64,000 bases of DNA from a virus: positions 5,255 to 69,254 of IMG/VR virus record IMGVR_UViG_3300021168_000026, one strand, 5' to 3'. Made by a program: the position numbers and the translations under genes. Shown piece by piece: positions 22,108 through 31,025 of this stretch. The notes below the pieces were generated by a model. The model was not told the origin of the DNA. It saw nothing but the letters and a program-made list of their open reading frames with translations, and made no database searches. Numbering within the stretch: position 1 is the first letter of the stretch; each line of letters begins with the position of its first letter.

Positions 22108-22896
22108 ATGCCGTTACCCGCAAGTCAGCTAGAGCGTGACCCTTTCCTGCGGCTGCTTTTGCTAGGGGCCCCGAAGGCCGGCAAAAGCACCGCGGCCATC
22201 GCAACTTCACCTGGGCCAGTGAGGGTACTGCTCTGCGAAGATCAGTCAGCTCTTCGTGGAGCTAAGCGTCTGACGAGCAACTTCGACTTCGAGCCGATCG
22301 GCGGCTGGAACTCAATGCAGTCGGCGATGGCCGAGGCTCGCAAAGACGCCGAGGCTGGGAAGATTCGCACAGTAGTCATCGACCCGCTGAGCGACTTTGC
22401 CGATCGCGTCTTGCGGGAGGCCTTCAAGAACAACCTTACCAAGGACGGCAATGAAGACGGCCGCAAGGCCTACCCTGAGTGCACCAAGCGCCTGAAGCAT
22501 CTTGCCGAACAGATTTTCATGCTCCCCTGCCACGCGGTAGTGATCTGCCACTACATGGAGCTCGGTGGCGAGACTGGAGAGGGGATCGAGAAGACTGGGA
22601 AGGGGATTGTACCTTTGCTCCCCGGTCAGGCGCGGGCCGTTATGGCGGCCAAGTTTGTCGACGTCATTTGGATGGATGTCAGGCAGGTCAATGGTAAGTC
22701 AGAGCGGGTGTTCGTGACCGGTCCTGAAGGCGCCTGGGGCCCCGGCTGCCGCTCGCTGAGTGGAACCCACGTACTGCCCGCGGATGTGGGGGAGCTCATC
22801 AAGCTGTTTGAGGAAGACTGGAAGCCCGCCAAGAAGCCTGCGTTGGTGAGACCAAACAACTCAAGGCCGAGCCCTCAACCCCCGGTGCGCCGATGA
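22108..22896 (+). CDS. Sak4-like (AAA_24) ATPase/recombinase
   Basis: GAPKAGKS, TVVID.LS, V.ICH; next to an SSB-like gene. Confidence 0.75.
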   Translation: MPLPASQLERDPFLRLLLLGAPKAGKSTAAIATSPGPVRVLLCEDQSALRGAKRLTSNFDFEPIGGWNSMQSAMAEARKDAEAGKIRTVVIDPLSDFADRVLREAFKNNLTKDGNEDGRKAYPECTKRLKHLAEQIFMLPCHAVVICHYMELGGETGEGIEKTGKGIVPLLPGQARAVMAAKFVDVIWMDVRQVNGKSERVFVTGPEGAWGPGCRSLSGTHVLPADVGELIKLFEEDWKPAKKPALVRPNNSRPSPQPPVRR

Positions 22897-23258
22897 GCAT
22901 CGGTAAGAACCTACCTCTTGATGAGAAGCTGTCTAAACTCTTGGAGCAAGCCCGCAACTTGCCTCCAATGACTGAGGAACAGCTCTGGGAGCAGCGAATC
23001 TCATTCGCGTACGGCAATCTATCGCTCGATAAGGCTGAAGACGTAGATCGGCCCGAGTTTGAGGCCAACGCGTGGAAGTTCGCCTGGCGCAAATCTCAGG
23101 AGCGCATCTCCACTCTTAGAAATGGGCTGATGGAACTCGAAATGGTGTTCCGCACTATAGGTGAGCGTCATCCTCCCCATGCGGGGGACCACAACGCTTA
23201 TCTAGGTGAAGCGAATAGTATCAAACGCCTTCTTGAAGAAGATTCCAAGCTCCGGTAG
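22893..23258 (+). CDS. Hypothetical protein
   Basis: ATGA-coupled ORF. Confidence 0.55.
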   Translation: MSIGKNLPLDEKLSKLLEQARNLPPMTEEQLWEQRISFAYGNLSLDKAEDVDRPEFEANAWKFAWRKSQERISTLRNGLMELEMVFRTIGERHPPHAGDHNAYLGEANSIKRLLEEDSKLR

Positions 23259-23314
23259 CGGGGCTTGTTGCAACCGAAACAACTGAAACATCCAAACAAG
23301 CAGAGAACAAGCAC

Positions 23315-23914
23315 ATGCCGAGCAATCATCAGCAGACCAATCAAGAACGCGTCATGGACTTTCAGCCGGTCGATTTCGACGGCGGTGAAGTGGAAGCCGA
23401 TGCAGCCCCCGGCTGCTACGAGGCCATTATCGAAGAGGTCAAGATCTCCAAGACGAGCAAGGACTCCTTCCCGATGGCCATCCTGGAGTGGAAGCTCAAC
23501 TCCTCTGTCGAGGAGGAGCCCACGGCCGAGCAAGAGAAGAGTGTGGGTGCGACTGTCGCCGACTTTCTCGTCTTCTTCCCCAAGGGCGACAAGCGCGGCA
23601 AGATGGGCATCATCCGCCGCAACAAGCTTTTTGAGATGCTCGGGATTGATACCGACGTCATCCCGCAGCGCATCCAGAGCAAGGCCGACTTCAAGGACTT
23701 CGCTGGGGCGCTCAAGGGCCAGAGCATGCAGTTGTGGGTCACCAGCAAGACCGACCAGGACAGCGGTGAGGTTCGTACCGGTGTGCAGTACACGGCACCC
23801 AAGGGTTCGAATGGAGCTAATACGAGTGAGGCTGATGAGCCGGCGCCTACTCCGATGAAGAGGAGCGCGGCACCGGCCAAGAACGGCAACGGGAAGAAGC
23901 CCGCGCGCCGCTAA
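23315..23914 (+). CDS. DUF669-like single-stranded DNA-binding protein
   Basis: PG.Y.A.I.EV...SK...PM..L.W pattern; strong codon bias. Confidence 0.65.
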   Translation: MPSNHQQTNQERVMDFQPVDFDGGEVEADAAPGCYEAIIEEVKISKTSKDSFPMAILEWKLNSSVEEEPTAEQEKSVGATVADFLVFFPKGDKRGKMGIIRRNKLFEMLGIDTDVIPQRIQSKADFKDFAGALKGQSMQLWVTSKTDQDSGEVRTGVQYTAPKGSNGANTSEADEPAPTPMKRSAAPAKNGNGKKPARR

Positions 23915-24192
23915 GACCCGAATTGGCCTAGGGGTGAGAGCCTCTATGTCAACTCAAGCCGCGCTGGCCGGTCCGGGAAAGCCAGCCCTAATTTTGAGGC
24001 AGTTCCCACAGATACAAGAGTGAGAGTCTGAAAGTGCGAATTGACGCAGATAGCAGTGCCTCCTGATAGGGGCCGATAAAAACTCGCGACAGCTATCAAG
24101 GCCGCCGTGTAAGCGGGAGGGCAAGATTTATCACTGCGCGGGGATAACAGGCCCGCCTCCACGTCGGTTGGAGCTCAAAGACACCGACACTT

Positions 24193-24246
24193 GGGGAGTA
24201 GGTATAAACAGGCCTGCCCGGAGTTCGATCCTCTGGCTCTCCTCTA
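24193..24246 (+). ncRNA. Truncated tRNA-like element
   Basis: GGGGAGT/GCTCTCC acceptor-like stem, CGGAG-TTCGATC-CTCTG T-arm, only 19 nt between them. Confidence 0.4.
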
Positions 24247-24248
24247 CT

Positions 24249-24368
24249 ATGATTGACTTTGATCCAAAGAGCCTGGGGGCTAGGTGCAATGAATGCCCGC
24301 TCCGAGGCTCTAAGCCTGTTCCCCCGGCACCCGCTGAAGGCAAACCCAAATTCATCACCTCGACATGA
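24249..24368 (+). pseudogene. Orphaned 5' end of the UDG gene
   Basis: DPKSLGARCNECPLRGSKPVPP..AEGK.KF duplicates the N-terminus of 24880-25893. Confidence 0.75.
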
Positions 24369-24898
24369 ACAACTATAAACCTCGACAAAAGTCGCCTGCA
24401 TACTGGCGCGATATGCCTTTCGAAGACCGATTCTGGGGTCGTGTTCGTAAGGGGCCAGGGTGTTGGGTTTGGTTAGGATCATGCTCCGGAAGAGGGTACG
24501 GTAGTTTATCGTTCGAAGGTAAAAGGAGCGCTAGGGCCCACAGAGTATCGTGGGTACTAGCCAACGGCCCTATACCTGATGGCTTGTTCGTATGCCATAA
24601 GTGCGATAATCCTCCCTGTGTGCGGCTCGACCATCTTTTTTTAGGGACGCACGATGAAAACATGACCGATATGACCGATAAGGGTCGTCGGTTCAATAAT
24701 TTTGCGGTAAACGTCTACCCTCATCCGGGGGAATCGAACGGTTTTGCCAAACTAACAGAGGTTGAGGTTCGTACGATACGGCAGATGTATAGTGGTAGAG
24801 GGGGTTGGACGTTTCAAAAACTAGCCGACAAATTCCACGTTAGCAAAAAACTCATTCTACTTATCGTGCACCGGAGAGCATGGACGCACGTGGAGTAG
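24365..24898 (+). mobile_element. Free-standing HNH homing endonuclease
   Basis: CW.W.G, AHRVSW, VCHKCDNPPCV..HL..GT..EN..D...KGR, C-terminal HTH; AT-richer than flanks. Confidence 0.88.
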
Positions 24899-25893
24899 AC
24901 CCCCGAGAGCTCGGGGCTAAATGTAATGAGTGTCCACTTCGTGGAGCTAAGCCAGTACCGCCATCGTCAGCCGAAGGCAAAACTAGATTCGTGATTATAG
25001 GAGAAAGCCCAGGTAGATTAGAGGTCACTAAGCAAATGCCATTTGTTGGACCTAGCGGCCGGTTGTTGAATAGAGCTCTAGAAAAGGCAGGCCTAGATCG
25101 ATCTGAGGCATTTGTAACTAACGCATTTATTTGCAGACCAGACGATGACAGGCCCGACATCAAGCTCGCCGCCACGTCGTGCTGCGCACCTCGGCTGGCC
25201 AACGAGCTAGCCGCGCTTGGCAAAAAGAAACTGCCCGTCTTAGCTCTAGGCCAGTGGGCAGCGCGGTCCGTCCTGGGCGTCAAGACGATCATGAAGACGC
25301 GCGGGTTCGTCTGGGAGACACCGGCTATTGAGGAGGCCAAGCTCCTCTCGGTGAGGAAGAACATCGCTAAGCTCAGGGCCTCGGTGCGAGCCAAACCGAC
25401 CGCCAAGGCCAAGGATAACCTCACCAAGGCCAAGCGCGCTCTTTATTTGCTAGAGGCTAGGGCTACCTACGCCGGTAGGACCGTCATCCCGAGCATCCAC
25501 CCGGCCTTCATCCTGCGCGGCGCTGATGGGTGGTATCCGGTGATGATCACCGACTTCAAGCGGTTTCGTCACTTGCTTGACGGCAAGTTGAAGTTGGAGG
25601 ATGACGTCTCCTACATTGTCGTATCCTCGGTAAAAGATATCAAGCGGGAACTGGCCAAGCTTGATCGGGAGGTGGTCGTAGACGTCGAGACAGGTGGTCC
25701 TGATGCGCTCAACGATGAGTTGAAGTGCGTGGGGGTCGGAGACCATATCTCCGGGCGCCCGGTTGTGATGATCTGGCCCTGGAAAAGAAGTCTAGGGCCC
25801 GCGCTTCGCCAGGCGTTGAGGAAGCATGTTGTCATCACACACTTTGGGCCGCAATTCGATCACATTGTACTTCACCGAGAGGGAGCTTGGTGA
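24880..25893 (+). CDS. Family 4-like uracil-DNA glycosylase fused to the N-terminal half of a 3'-5' exonuclease
   Basis: C..C, IGESPG..E, PFVGPSG, TNA..CRP, HPAFILR; then ExoI DVET and ExoII-like H..QFD. Confidence 0.85.
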   Translation: MDARGVDPRELGAKCNECPLRGAKPVPPSSAEGKTRFVIIGESPGRLEVTKQMPFVGPSGRLLNRALEKAGLDRSEAFVTNAFICRPDDDRPDIKLAATSCCAPRLANELAALGKKKLPVLALGQWAARSVLGVKTIMKTRGFVWETPAIEEAKLLSVRKNIAKLRASVRAKPTAKAKDNLTKAKRALYLLEARATYAGRTVIPSIHPAFILRGADGWYPVMITDFKRFRHLLDGKLKLEDDVSYIVVSSVKDIKRELAKLDREVVVDVETGGPDALNDELKCVGVGDHISGRPVVMIWPWKRSLGPALRQALRKHVVITHFGPQFDHIVLHREGAW

Positions 25894-27461
25894 TGGACCA
25901 GTTATGGGAGGACACACTATTAGCGCACCACTGTTTTGCTTCGCATCTACCAAAGTCTCTCTCACATGTAGCTTCAGTCTATTGTAACGCGGAACCCTGG
26001 AAGATACTTCACGGCAAGAGTGCAGGTGAAGAGAAGGGCGAGGCTCCCTGGGATAGCGACGACGTCTCCAATCTTCTTCTTTATTGTAGCAAAGATGTAA
26101 AATTGGATGCGCTTGCGTGGCAGCGCATGAAGCCAGACTTGGCTCCAGAGCGCAAAGTCTATGAGTCTGACAAACGGATGGCCCTTCTCTGCCGCGGTAT
26201 GACCGAGGTCGGCATCGGTTTCGATACCGCCAAGCGCGATGAGCTCGCGAGTCACCTTAGAGCCCGTAAGAGGGGTCTGCTTGGGGAGATGCGCCAGCTC
26301 GTTGGCCCGAACTTTCACCCAGCCCGGCTGGGGGATGTGCGGCGGGCCTTGTTCGTCACCTTCCGCGGGCCGATGCTCTACCCCACCAAGACGGGCCTGG
26401 CTTCAACTTCAAATCTGACCTTGGAGGCCGTGAAGGTCCTCGATACCCGCGCTGGCCACCTCGCTGACCTTCTTCTCCGATGGCGCGCGTGCGCCAAGAC
26501 GCTCGGCTCCTACGTCGAGAACTACGAGCCGGGGAGGGATGGCCGGATCCACGCGCAGTGGAAGCTCGGGCCTGTGACGGGCAGGTTGGCGGGGCCACTC
26601 ATGACCCTGCCTCGATATGGGGATGATTGGGAGACGCACGTCCGAGGGATGTACGTCGCCGACAAGAGCAAGCGTAGATCCAAGCGCCCTCGGATTGTGG
26701 CGCAGATTCATGACGCTGCGATCATCGAGTTCGACGGCCAGCTTTTCTACTACGACCTCTCGCAGTGCGAGGCCCGGTTGGCGGCCTACTTCTCCGGCGA
26801 CGAGAACCTCATCAAGGCGTGCGAGAAAGACATCCATACCGAGAACGCCAAGGTCGTATTTGCTGACATACCCGAGGCGATGGCCAAACTCAATAAGGCC
26901 TACGAGCTTTCCCCGTTTCTCGATAACCACGGTAAGCCTCTGAAGTGGAAGGCCGTCACCGGCAAAAATGGTGGCTGCAAAGACGAGCGCGACATCACGA
27001 AGAACTGCGGATTTTGTGTCTGGTATGAAGGTACGGCGGAGCGCGCTCTAGCTACCCTCAAGGCTGCGGGCAAACGGGCCACCCTGGCCGCGTGCGAGGA
27101 GTTCGTCCGCCGCTTCCACTCCCGGTACACTCGTTACTACGAGTTTATCGATGAGAATGAGGCTTTCTGCAAGCAGCACGGCTACCTGCGGAGCGTCATC
27201 TTGGGTAGGATCAGCTGGCTCGGGTGGCATGCCAAGCGAACTGACATTTCCAACCGGCCTATCCAGGGTGGTATCGCGGATATACACAACGATCGCCTAC
27301 CGCGGATCGAGGACCGGCTGAAGGGATGTAAGAGCGTTGACCGGCTTGAAAAACTGGTCAGGGATGTCTGGGCCGAACCTATCAAAGTGCCGCACAACGG
27401 CCTTGAATTCGTGATGCCGATTGACTTCAAGACTGGAGAAAGGTGGAGTGACTTCGGATGA
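25893..27461 (+). CDS. polA: Family A DNA polymerase (C-terminal exo half plus polymerase) with relocated motif C
   Basis: DTLL..H, ExoIII YCSKD, TGRL, motif A DLSQCEAR, DIH, motif B R...K...F...Y, N.PIQG..AD, G..W; QIHD precedes motif A. Confidence 0.9.
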   Translation: MDQLWEDTLLAHHCFASHLPKSLSHVASVYCNAEPWKILHGKSAGEEKGEAPWDSDDVSNLLLYCSKDVKLDALAWQRMKPDLAPERKVYESDKRMALLCRGMTEVGIGFDTAKRDELASHLRARKRGLLGEMRQLVGPNFHPARLGDVRRALFVTFRGPMLYPTKTGLASTSNLTLEAVKVLDTRAGHLADLLLRWRACAKTLGSYVENYEPGRDGRIHAQWKLGPVTGRLAGPLMTLPRYGDDWETHVRGMYVADKSKRRSKRPRIVAQIHDAAIIEFDGQLFYYDLSQCEARLAAYFSGDENLIKACEKDIHTENAKVVFADIPEAMAKLNKAYELSPFLDNHGKPLKWKAVTGKNGGCKDERDITKNCGFCVWYEGTAERALATLKAAGKRATLAACEEFVRRFHSRYTRYYEFIDENEAFCKQHGYLRSVILGRISWLGWHAKRTDISNRPIQGGIADIHNDRLPRIEDRLKGCKSVDRLEKLVRDVWAEPIKVPHNGLEFVMPIDFKTGERWSDFG

Positions 27462-27670
27462 GTAGGGTGCGCATCTGGCATATATGGGTCGATGAGTGGG
27501 CGGCGACCGGCGAGCGAGGCGGTAAGATGTTTGTAGCCAGCGTCCGGGCGACTACCTTCAGAGCCGCGTGCCGGAAGCACTACGCGGGTAACCTAGACTA
27601 CAACGTCAAGCACAACACTTACTGGGGGATCAGGCTGTACAGCGGAAGGGCTCCAGAATGGGCAAGCTAA
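27458..27670 (+). CDS. Hypothetical protein
   Basis: ATGA-coupled ORF. Confidence 0.5.
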   Translation: MSRVRIWHIWVDEWAATGERGGKMFVASVRATTFRAACRKHYAGNLDYNVKHNTYWGIRLYSGRAPEWAS

Positions 27671-27957
27671 CACCAGAAGAAAAGACGATGCTCGAAGAGC
27701 TCCTAGGCTTCTCCCTAGAGAAGGAAGACGCGCGCATCGACGAGAAGGCATTCCAACAGATGCTCGACCGAGGCTTCGCGCTGACTGAGAAGCAGGCCAA
27801 GTGGGTCAGGGGCGTCTACGATCGGGTATTCGATAAACCAAGCTATGAGAACCTATTCAGTGCGGGGAAGGTGCCTCTCGGCAAGCCGGTAGAGACCCCA
27901 GCGGTCCTTAGAAACCTGCCCAAGAAGCCGCCCAGCCGACCCCCGGGGGCGCTATGA
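27658..27957 (+). CDS. Hypothetical protein
   Basis: LTEKQ..W motif, tiled ORF. Confidence 0.55.
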   Translation: MGKLTPEEKTMLEELLGFSLEKEDARIDEKAFQQMLDRGFALTEKQAKWVRGVYDRVFDKPSYENLFSAGKVPLGKPVETPAVLRNLPKKPPSRPPGAL

Positions 27958-28212
27958 GTCTCTGGCAAGACCTTCTTCACAAGTGGAAGCGCCTAGTCTG
28001 CGCCTATGTAGGTCACCATGCGATAGAAGGTACAACAAGGATCGGAAGCCTCCACTTTCACGTTGCGGTCTGCCTTCGGTGTGGTAATACGTTTCCCCGT
28101 GGAAGATAGCATGGCCGCCGCCGGGTGGGATCCTAGGTTTGTGTGGTTTCTAGTCTTCTGCTTCGCGTTCACCGGGGTGTCGCTACTACTAGCGGGTTGG
28201 AAGGAGTAGCCG

Positions 28213-28470
28213 ATGAATAAAAAGCCAATGGCACTAGATGACAGGTACCCTGGAGAGAACGAACAAGGGGAGTTTTTGTACTCCAATCCAGATCTCTGTC
28301 GTGTATGTGGCGGTATGCTCCTGCCAGAGAATCGACGCATTGCCGATGGCTGTCCGTGCAACTCCCCTCGTGGCATCAATCACGGGCTTGTGCCCAAAAA
28401 CACGTGCACGTGCATCGAATGTGATCCGTTGCAAACTGGGTCGACGCGCTATCCATTTGAGAGTGTATAA
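28213..28470 (+). CDS. Cys-rich small protein
   Basis: C..C, CPC, CTC..C; RBS aaggag. Confidence 0.55.
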   Translation: MNKKPMALDDRYPGENEQGEFLYSNPDLCRVCGGMLLPENRRIADGCPCNSPRGINHGLVPKNTCTCIECDPLQTGSTRYPFESV

Positions 28471-28494
28471 GTCGGGCAAGTATAGGAGTGAGTC

Positions 28495-28884
28495 ATGGGA
28501 GACACTGTTGAAGTTTTGCAGAGTCGAGAGCGAGCTTCATTCGTAGCCTGGTGGGAGGCCTACAAGCTCGTCTTGGAGTCGTGCGCCGCGCGAGGGCTTA
28601 CCGCCGTTGAGGCCGCGGAGTACGCCCACCAAGCCGCGACCGCCGCGGAGATCGACTACCGCGAGAAGGTCCGGCAGATGAATGAGCGGTGCGAGAAGAT
28701 CGGCAAGAGCGGCCGGGCTAGCCCGTTGCCTCCACCGCCGGGCCCCCGGACCTATCCCGGTGTAGGCTCAAGCTCGGGCCTGGGAGCGTTGATCCCGAGT
28801 AAGGTGAAAACGGTGGGGCCGATCGCGGGTCAAGGCCCAGAGACGCCGATGCCGTTTCCCTTGACCAAACCGAAGAGCAAGTAG
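28495..28884 (+). CDS. Hypothetical protein
   Basis: RBS aggag; helical N-half, Pro-rich tail. Confidence 0.55.
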   Translation: MGDTVEVLQSRERASFVAWWEAYKLVLESCAARGLTAVEAAEYAHQAATAAEIDYREKVRQMNERCEKIGKSGRASPLPPPPGPRTYPGVGSSSGLGALIPSKVKTVGPIAGQGPETPMPFPLTKPKSK

Positions 28885-29073
28885 ATGGCTGGGCCTATCA
28901 TCAGCCCTAATGCCTGTGCTGTTCTCGAGTGCACGGCTGACGGCCGTACGGTTGGCCGCTGTTGGTTCAATGTCGTCGACGGCAAGTGCCCTCGGCACGG
29001 AGATGTTACTGCTGTGCAGGCCAACTATCGAGCGACAGGGCGGCTTACTCACGAGAGTGAGTTAGATCGATGA
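28885..29073 (+). CDS. Small Cys/His protein
   Basis: Tiled ORF, CPRHG. Confidence 0.45.
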   Translation: MAGPIISPNACAVLECTADGRTVGRCWFNVVDGKCPRHGDVTAVQANYRATGRLTHESELDR

Positions 29074-30458
29074 GTGCCTCGACTGACAAGAAGATTTCCG
29101 AGAAGGACCTCTCCCCCGATCAACTAGAGGTGTTTGAGGCGATACAAGACTGGGTATCTTCGCCTCACTCTGATTTTATAGCTCCGGGCGGCGCGTCCTC
29201 TGGAGAGCTAGGTTTTCGCGATTCGCAGGTCCAGAGCGGGCTACTGACAGTCGGGGGCTACGCAGGCACTGGAAAATCAACCCTGCTCGGGGTCCTTGCA
29301 GCCTCAACCGACCTCCTCGTCGCGTATGTTACCTACACCGGTCGTGCAGCGAGTGTACTCAATCGAAAGCTCCGAGCTTCAGGTGTAGAGACGACGACTC
29401 TCCTCCGCCGCGCCGATGAAGACGCTGAGCGGGGCCTGGAGAGTTACTTCGACCCGAGCCTGAAGGCCTCCAGCGGCCCCCCGTTATGCACGACGATCCA
29501 CCGGCTGCTGTACCGGCCGGTGATTGACCCCAAGACCGAGGAGCTACGGGGTTGGGTCAAGCGCTCTAGGTTGGATCGAGACTACGACCTCATCGTGATC
29601 GACGAAGGATCCATGGTGGGTGATGAGATCTTGCAAGACCTACAGCGATGGGGGGTGCCGATTCTAGCGGTTGGCGACCATGGCCAGCTCCCCCCGGTCA
29701 TGGCCTCGGGGGATTTGATGCAGAACCCTGATCTAAAGCTCGAGAAGATTCATCGGCAAGCAGAAAAATCGCCTATCATCGCACTATCAAGGCACATCCG
29801 TGAGGGCGGCAAGATCCGAGACTTCAAGGGCCACCTCTTGATCCCCGGGGCACCGGAGGCCGCCATCGACTTCCGAGCCAAGCAAGACCTGCCCGAAGCT
29901 CTCATCGATGCCTATATCACGTCGTGCCCGCTCTCGATACTCGACGTCGGGGTGCTCTGTTGGACCAACCGAACTAGATGCAAACTCAATGGCGCGGCTC
30001 GCAAAGCCTTGGAGTACGCGGGGCCCCCGCGCAAAGAGGAACCGGTCATCTGCCTCAAGAACAAGCCTCCAGTCTACAACGGCATGCGCGGCCTTCTAAC
30101 CGAGGACTCCAAGCTGAGAGAAGGCCAGCCCTGGCTTCTTGATGCCTCGGTGGCGTTTCCCGATGAAGGGCTGCCGGCCAGCCCCAAGACGCTCTGCGCA
30201 CCCCAGTTCTTCCGAGAGAAGACGTTTGCCTCGGTGGAGGAGCTCCAAGAGCGGGGAGTTTCGGTCTATTCAATGTCGAGCGCCGGGGAAATGTACGATA
30301 TGGGCTATGCGATGACTGTTCACAAATCGCAGGGGTCTCAGTTTTCTCATGTCTTGTTATATGTAGACCGAGCTGAGAACCCCTGGGAAGAGGAATCAAG
30401 GAGATATTTTTACACGGCCGTAACCCGAGCAAGCGAGAGGCTGACAATCCTACAATGA
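29070..30458 (+). CDS. SF1 RecD/Dda-like helicase
   Basis: GYAGTGKS, TIHRLLY, VIDEGSMV, GDHGQLPPV, HRQA, TVHKSQGS, YTAVTRA. Confidence 0.92.
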   Translation: MSASTDKKISEKDLSPDQLEVFEAIQDWVSSPHSDFIAPGGASSGELGFRDSQVQSGLLTVGGYAGTGKSTLLGVLAASTDLLVAYVTYTGRAASVLNRKLRASGVETTTLLRRADEDAERGLESYFDPSLKASSGPPLCTTIHRLLYRPVIDPKTEELRGWVKRSRLDRDYDLIVIDEGSMVGDEILQDLQRWGVPILAVGDHGQLPPVMASGDLMQNPDLKLEKIHRQAEKSPIIALSRHIREGGKIRDFKGHLLIPGAPEAAIDFRAKQDLPEALIDAYITSCPLSILDVGVLCWTNRTRCKLNGAARKALEYAGPPRKEEPVICLKNKPPVYNGMRGLLTEDSKLREGQPWLLDASVAFPDEGLPASPKTLCAPQFFREKTFASVEELQERGVSVYSMSSAGEMYDMGYAMTVHKSQGSQFSHVLLYVDRAENPWEEESRRYFYTAVTRASERLTILQ

Positions 30459-30561
30459 CTCTACTAGAATTCATAGATAAGCATTGGCTGGGGGTAGGCC
30501 TCCTGGTGTTCTTCACCCTAGCTGTCGTCGAAAGTGTTCTACTCACGTGGGTGAGGCGCAA

Positions 30562-30852
30562 ATGAGTCAGTGGCTACAAGAAGCGTCCGATGATCGTCTC
30601 TGGGAAGCCATCTCTCAGGGCGGCCCTAACGCAGTCACCGCGGCGAAGATTCTGCTCTCCCGTAGCCTCTTGGCCGGCAAGCCGATCTGCTACGTGGTGA
30701 AGAGCGCCGACGGGGAATGGTGCTTGACGAAAGACGGTCTAGCCTCTGGGGCCCGTATTCCGTTCAAGTTCAAGGCGCGTGAGGAAGCCGAGGAGGCGCG
30801 GGCGAAGTTGAAGAACGTTCTGCCGCTCGTCGTGGAAGTGTGGGTAGATTGA
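30562..30852 (+). CDS. Hypothetical protein
   Basis: ATG after gagg RBS. Confidence 0.5.
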   Translation: MSQWLQEASDDRLWEAISQGGPNAVTAAKILLSRSLLAGKPICYVVKSADGEWCLTKDGLASGARIPFKFKAREEAEEARAKLKNVLPLVVEVWVD

Positions 30853-31025
30853 TGGCCAGACCGCTTCTCAAGTGGGTGGGTGGGAAGCGGCAGCTATCGA
30901 ACGCTGATTTACCGCAGGTAAGAAAGATGTATAGCGACTTCTCGTTTAGAACAGTCAAGGCGAGGAGAGCTATCAATAGCAACGCCTCCAAACGAGGTAA
31001 CGTCGGGGAGCTGCTCATATGGTAA
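30852..31025 (+). pseudogene. dam: Internally deleted Dam-family adenine methyltransferase remnant
   Basis: P.LKWVGGKRQL (N-terminus) joined directly to LSNAD...ARR.INS..KRG.V.ELLI (C-terminus); no DPPY. Confidence 0.7.

Noticed and set aside
22108-22896. P-loop ATPase as the missing packaging ATPase
   Set aside because: Motifs and SSB-adjacent context fit Sak4/AAA_24, not FtsK/A32 or terminase
24193-24246. Canonical tRNA gene
   Set aside because: Too short, with no separate D and anticodon arms; kept only as tRNA-like
24365-24898. Group I intron or intein around the HNH
   Set aside because: The HNH ORF fills the whole interval, with no room for a ribozyme core and no intein termini; the duplicated 5' end explains gene integrity
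25725-25892. Upstream extension of the polymerase ORF in the ORF track
   Set aside because: Overlaps the exonuclease motifs of the previous ORF; ATG 25893 is the likely start
26645-27330. 9-bp direct repeat AGGGATGTA near the new (26645) and canonical (27322) motif C positions, as a programmed rearrangement signal
   Set aside because: The copies are in different frames, so exchange would not restore A-B-C order; may be chance or a relic
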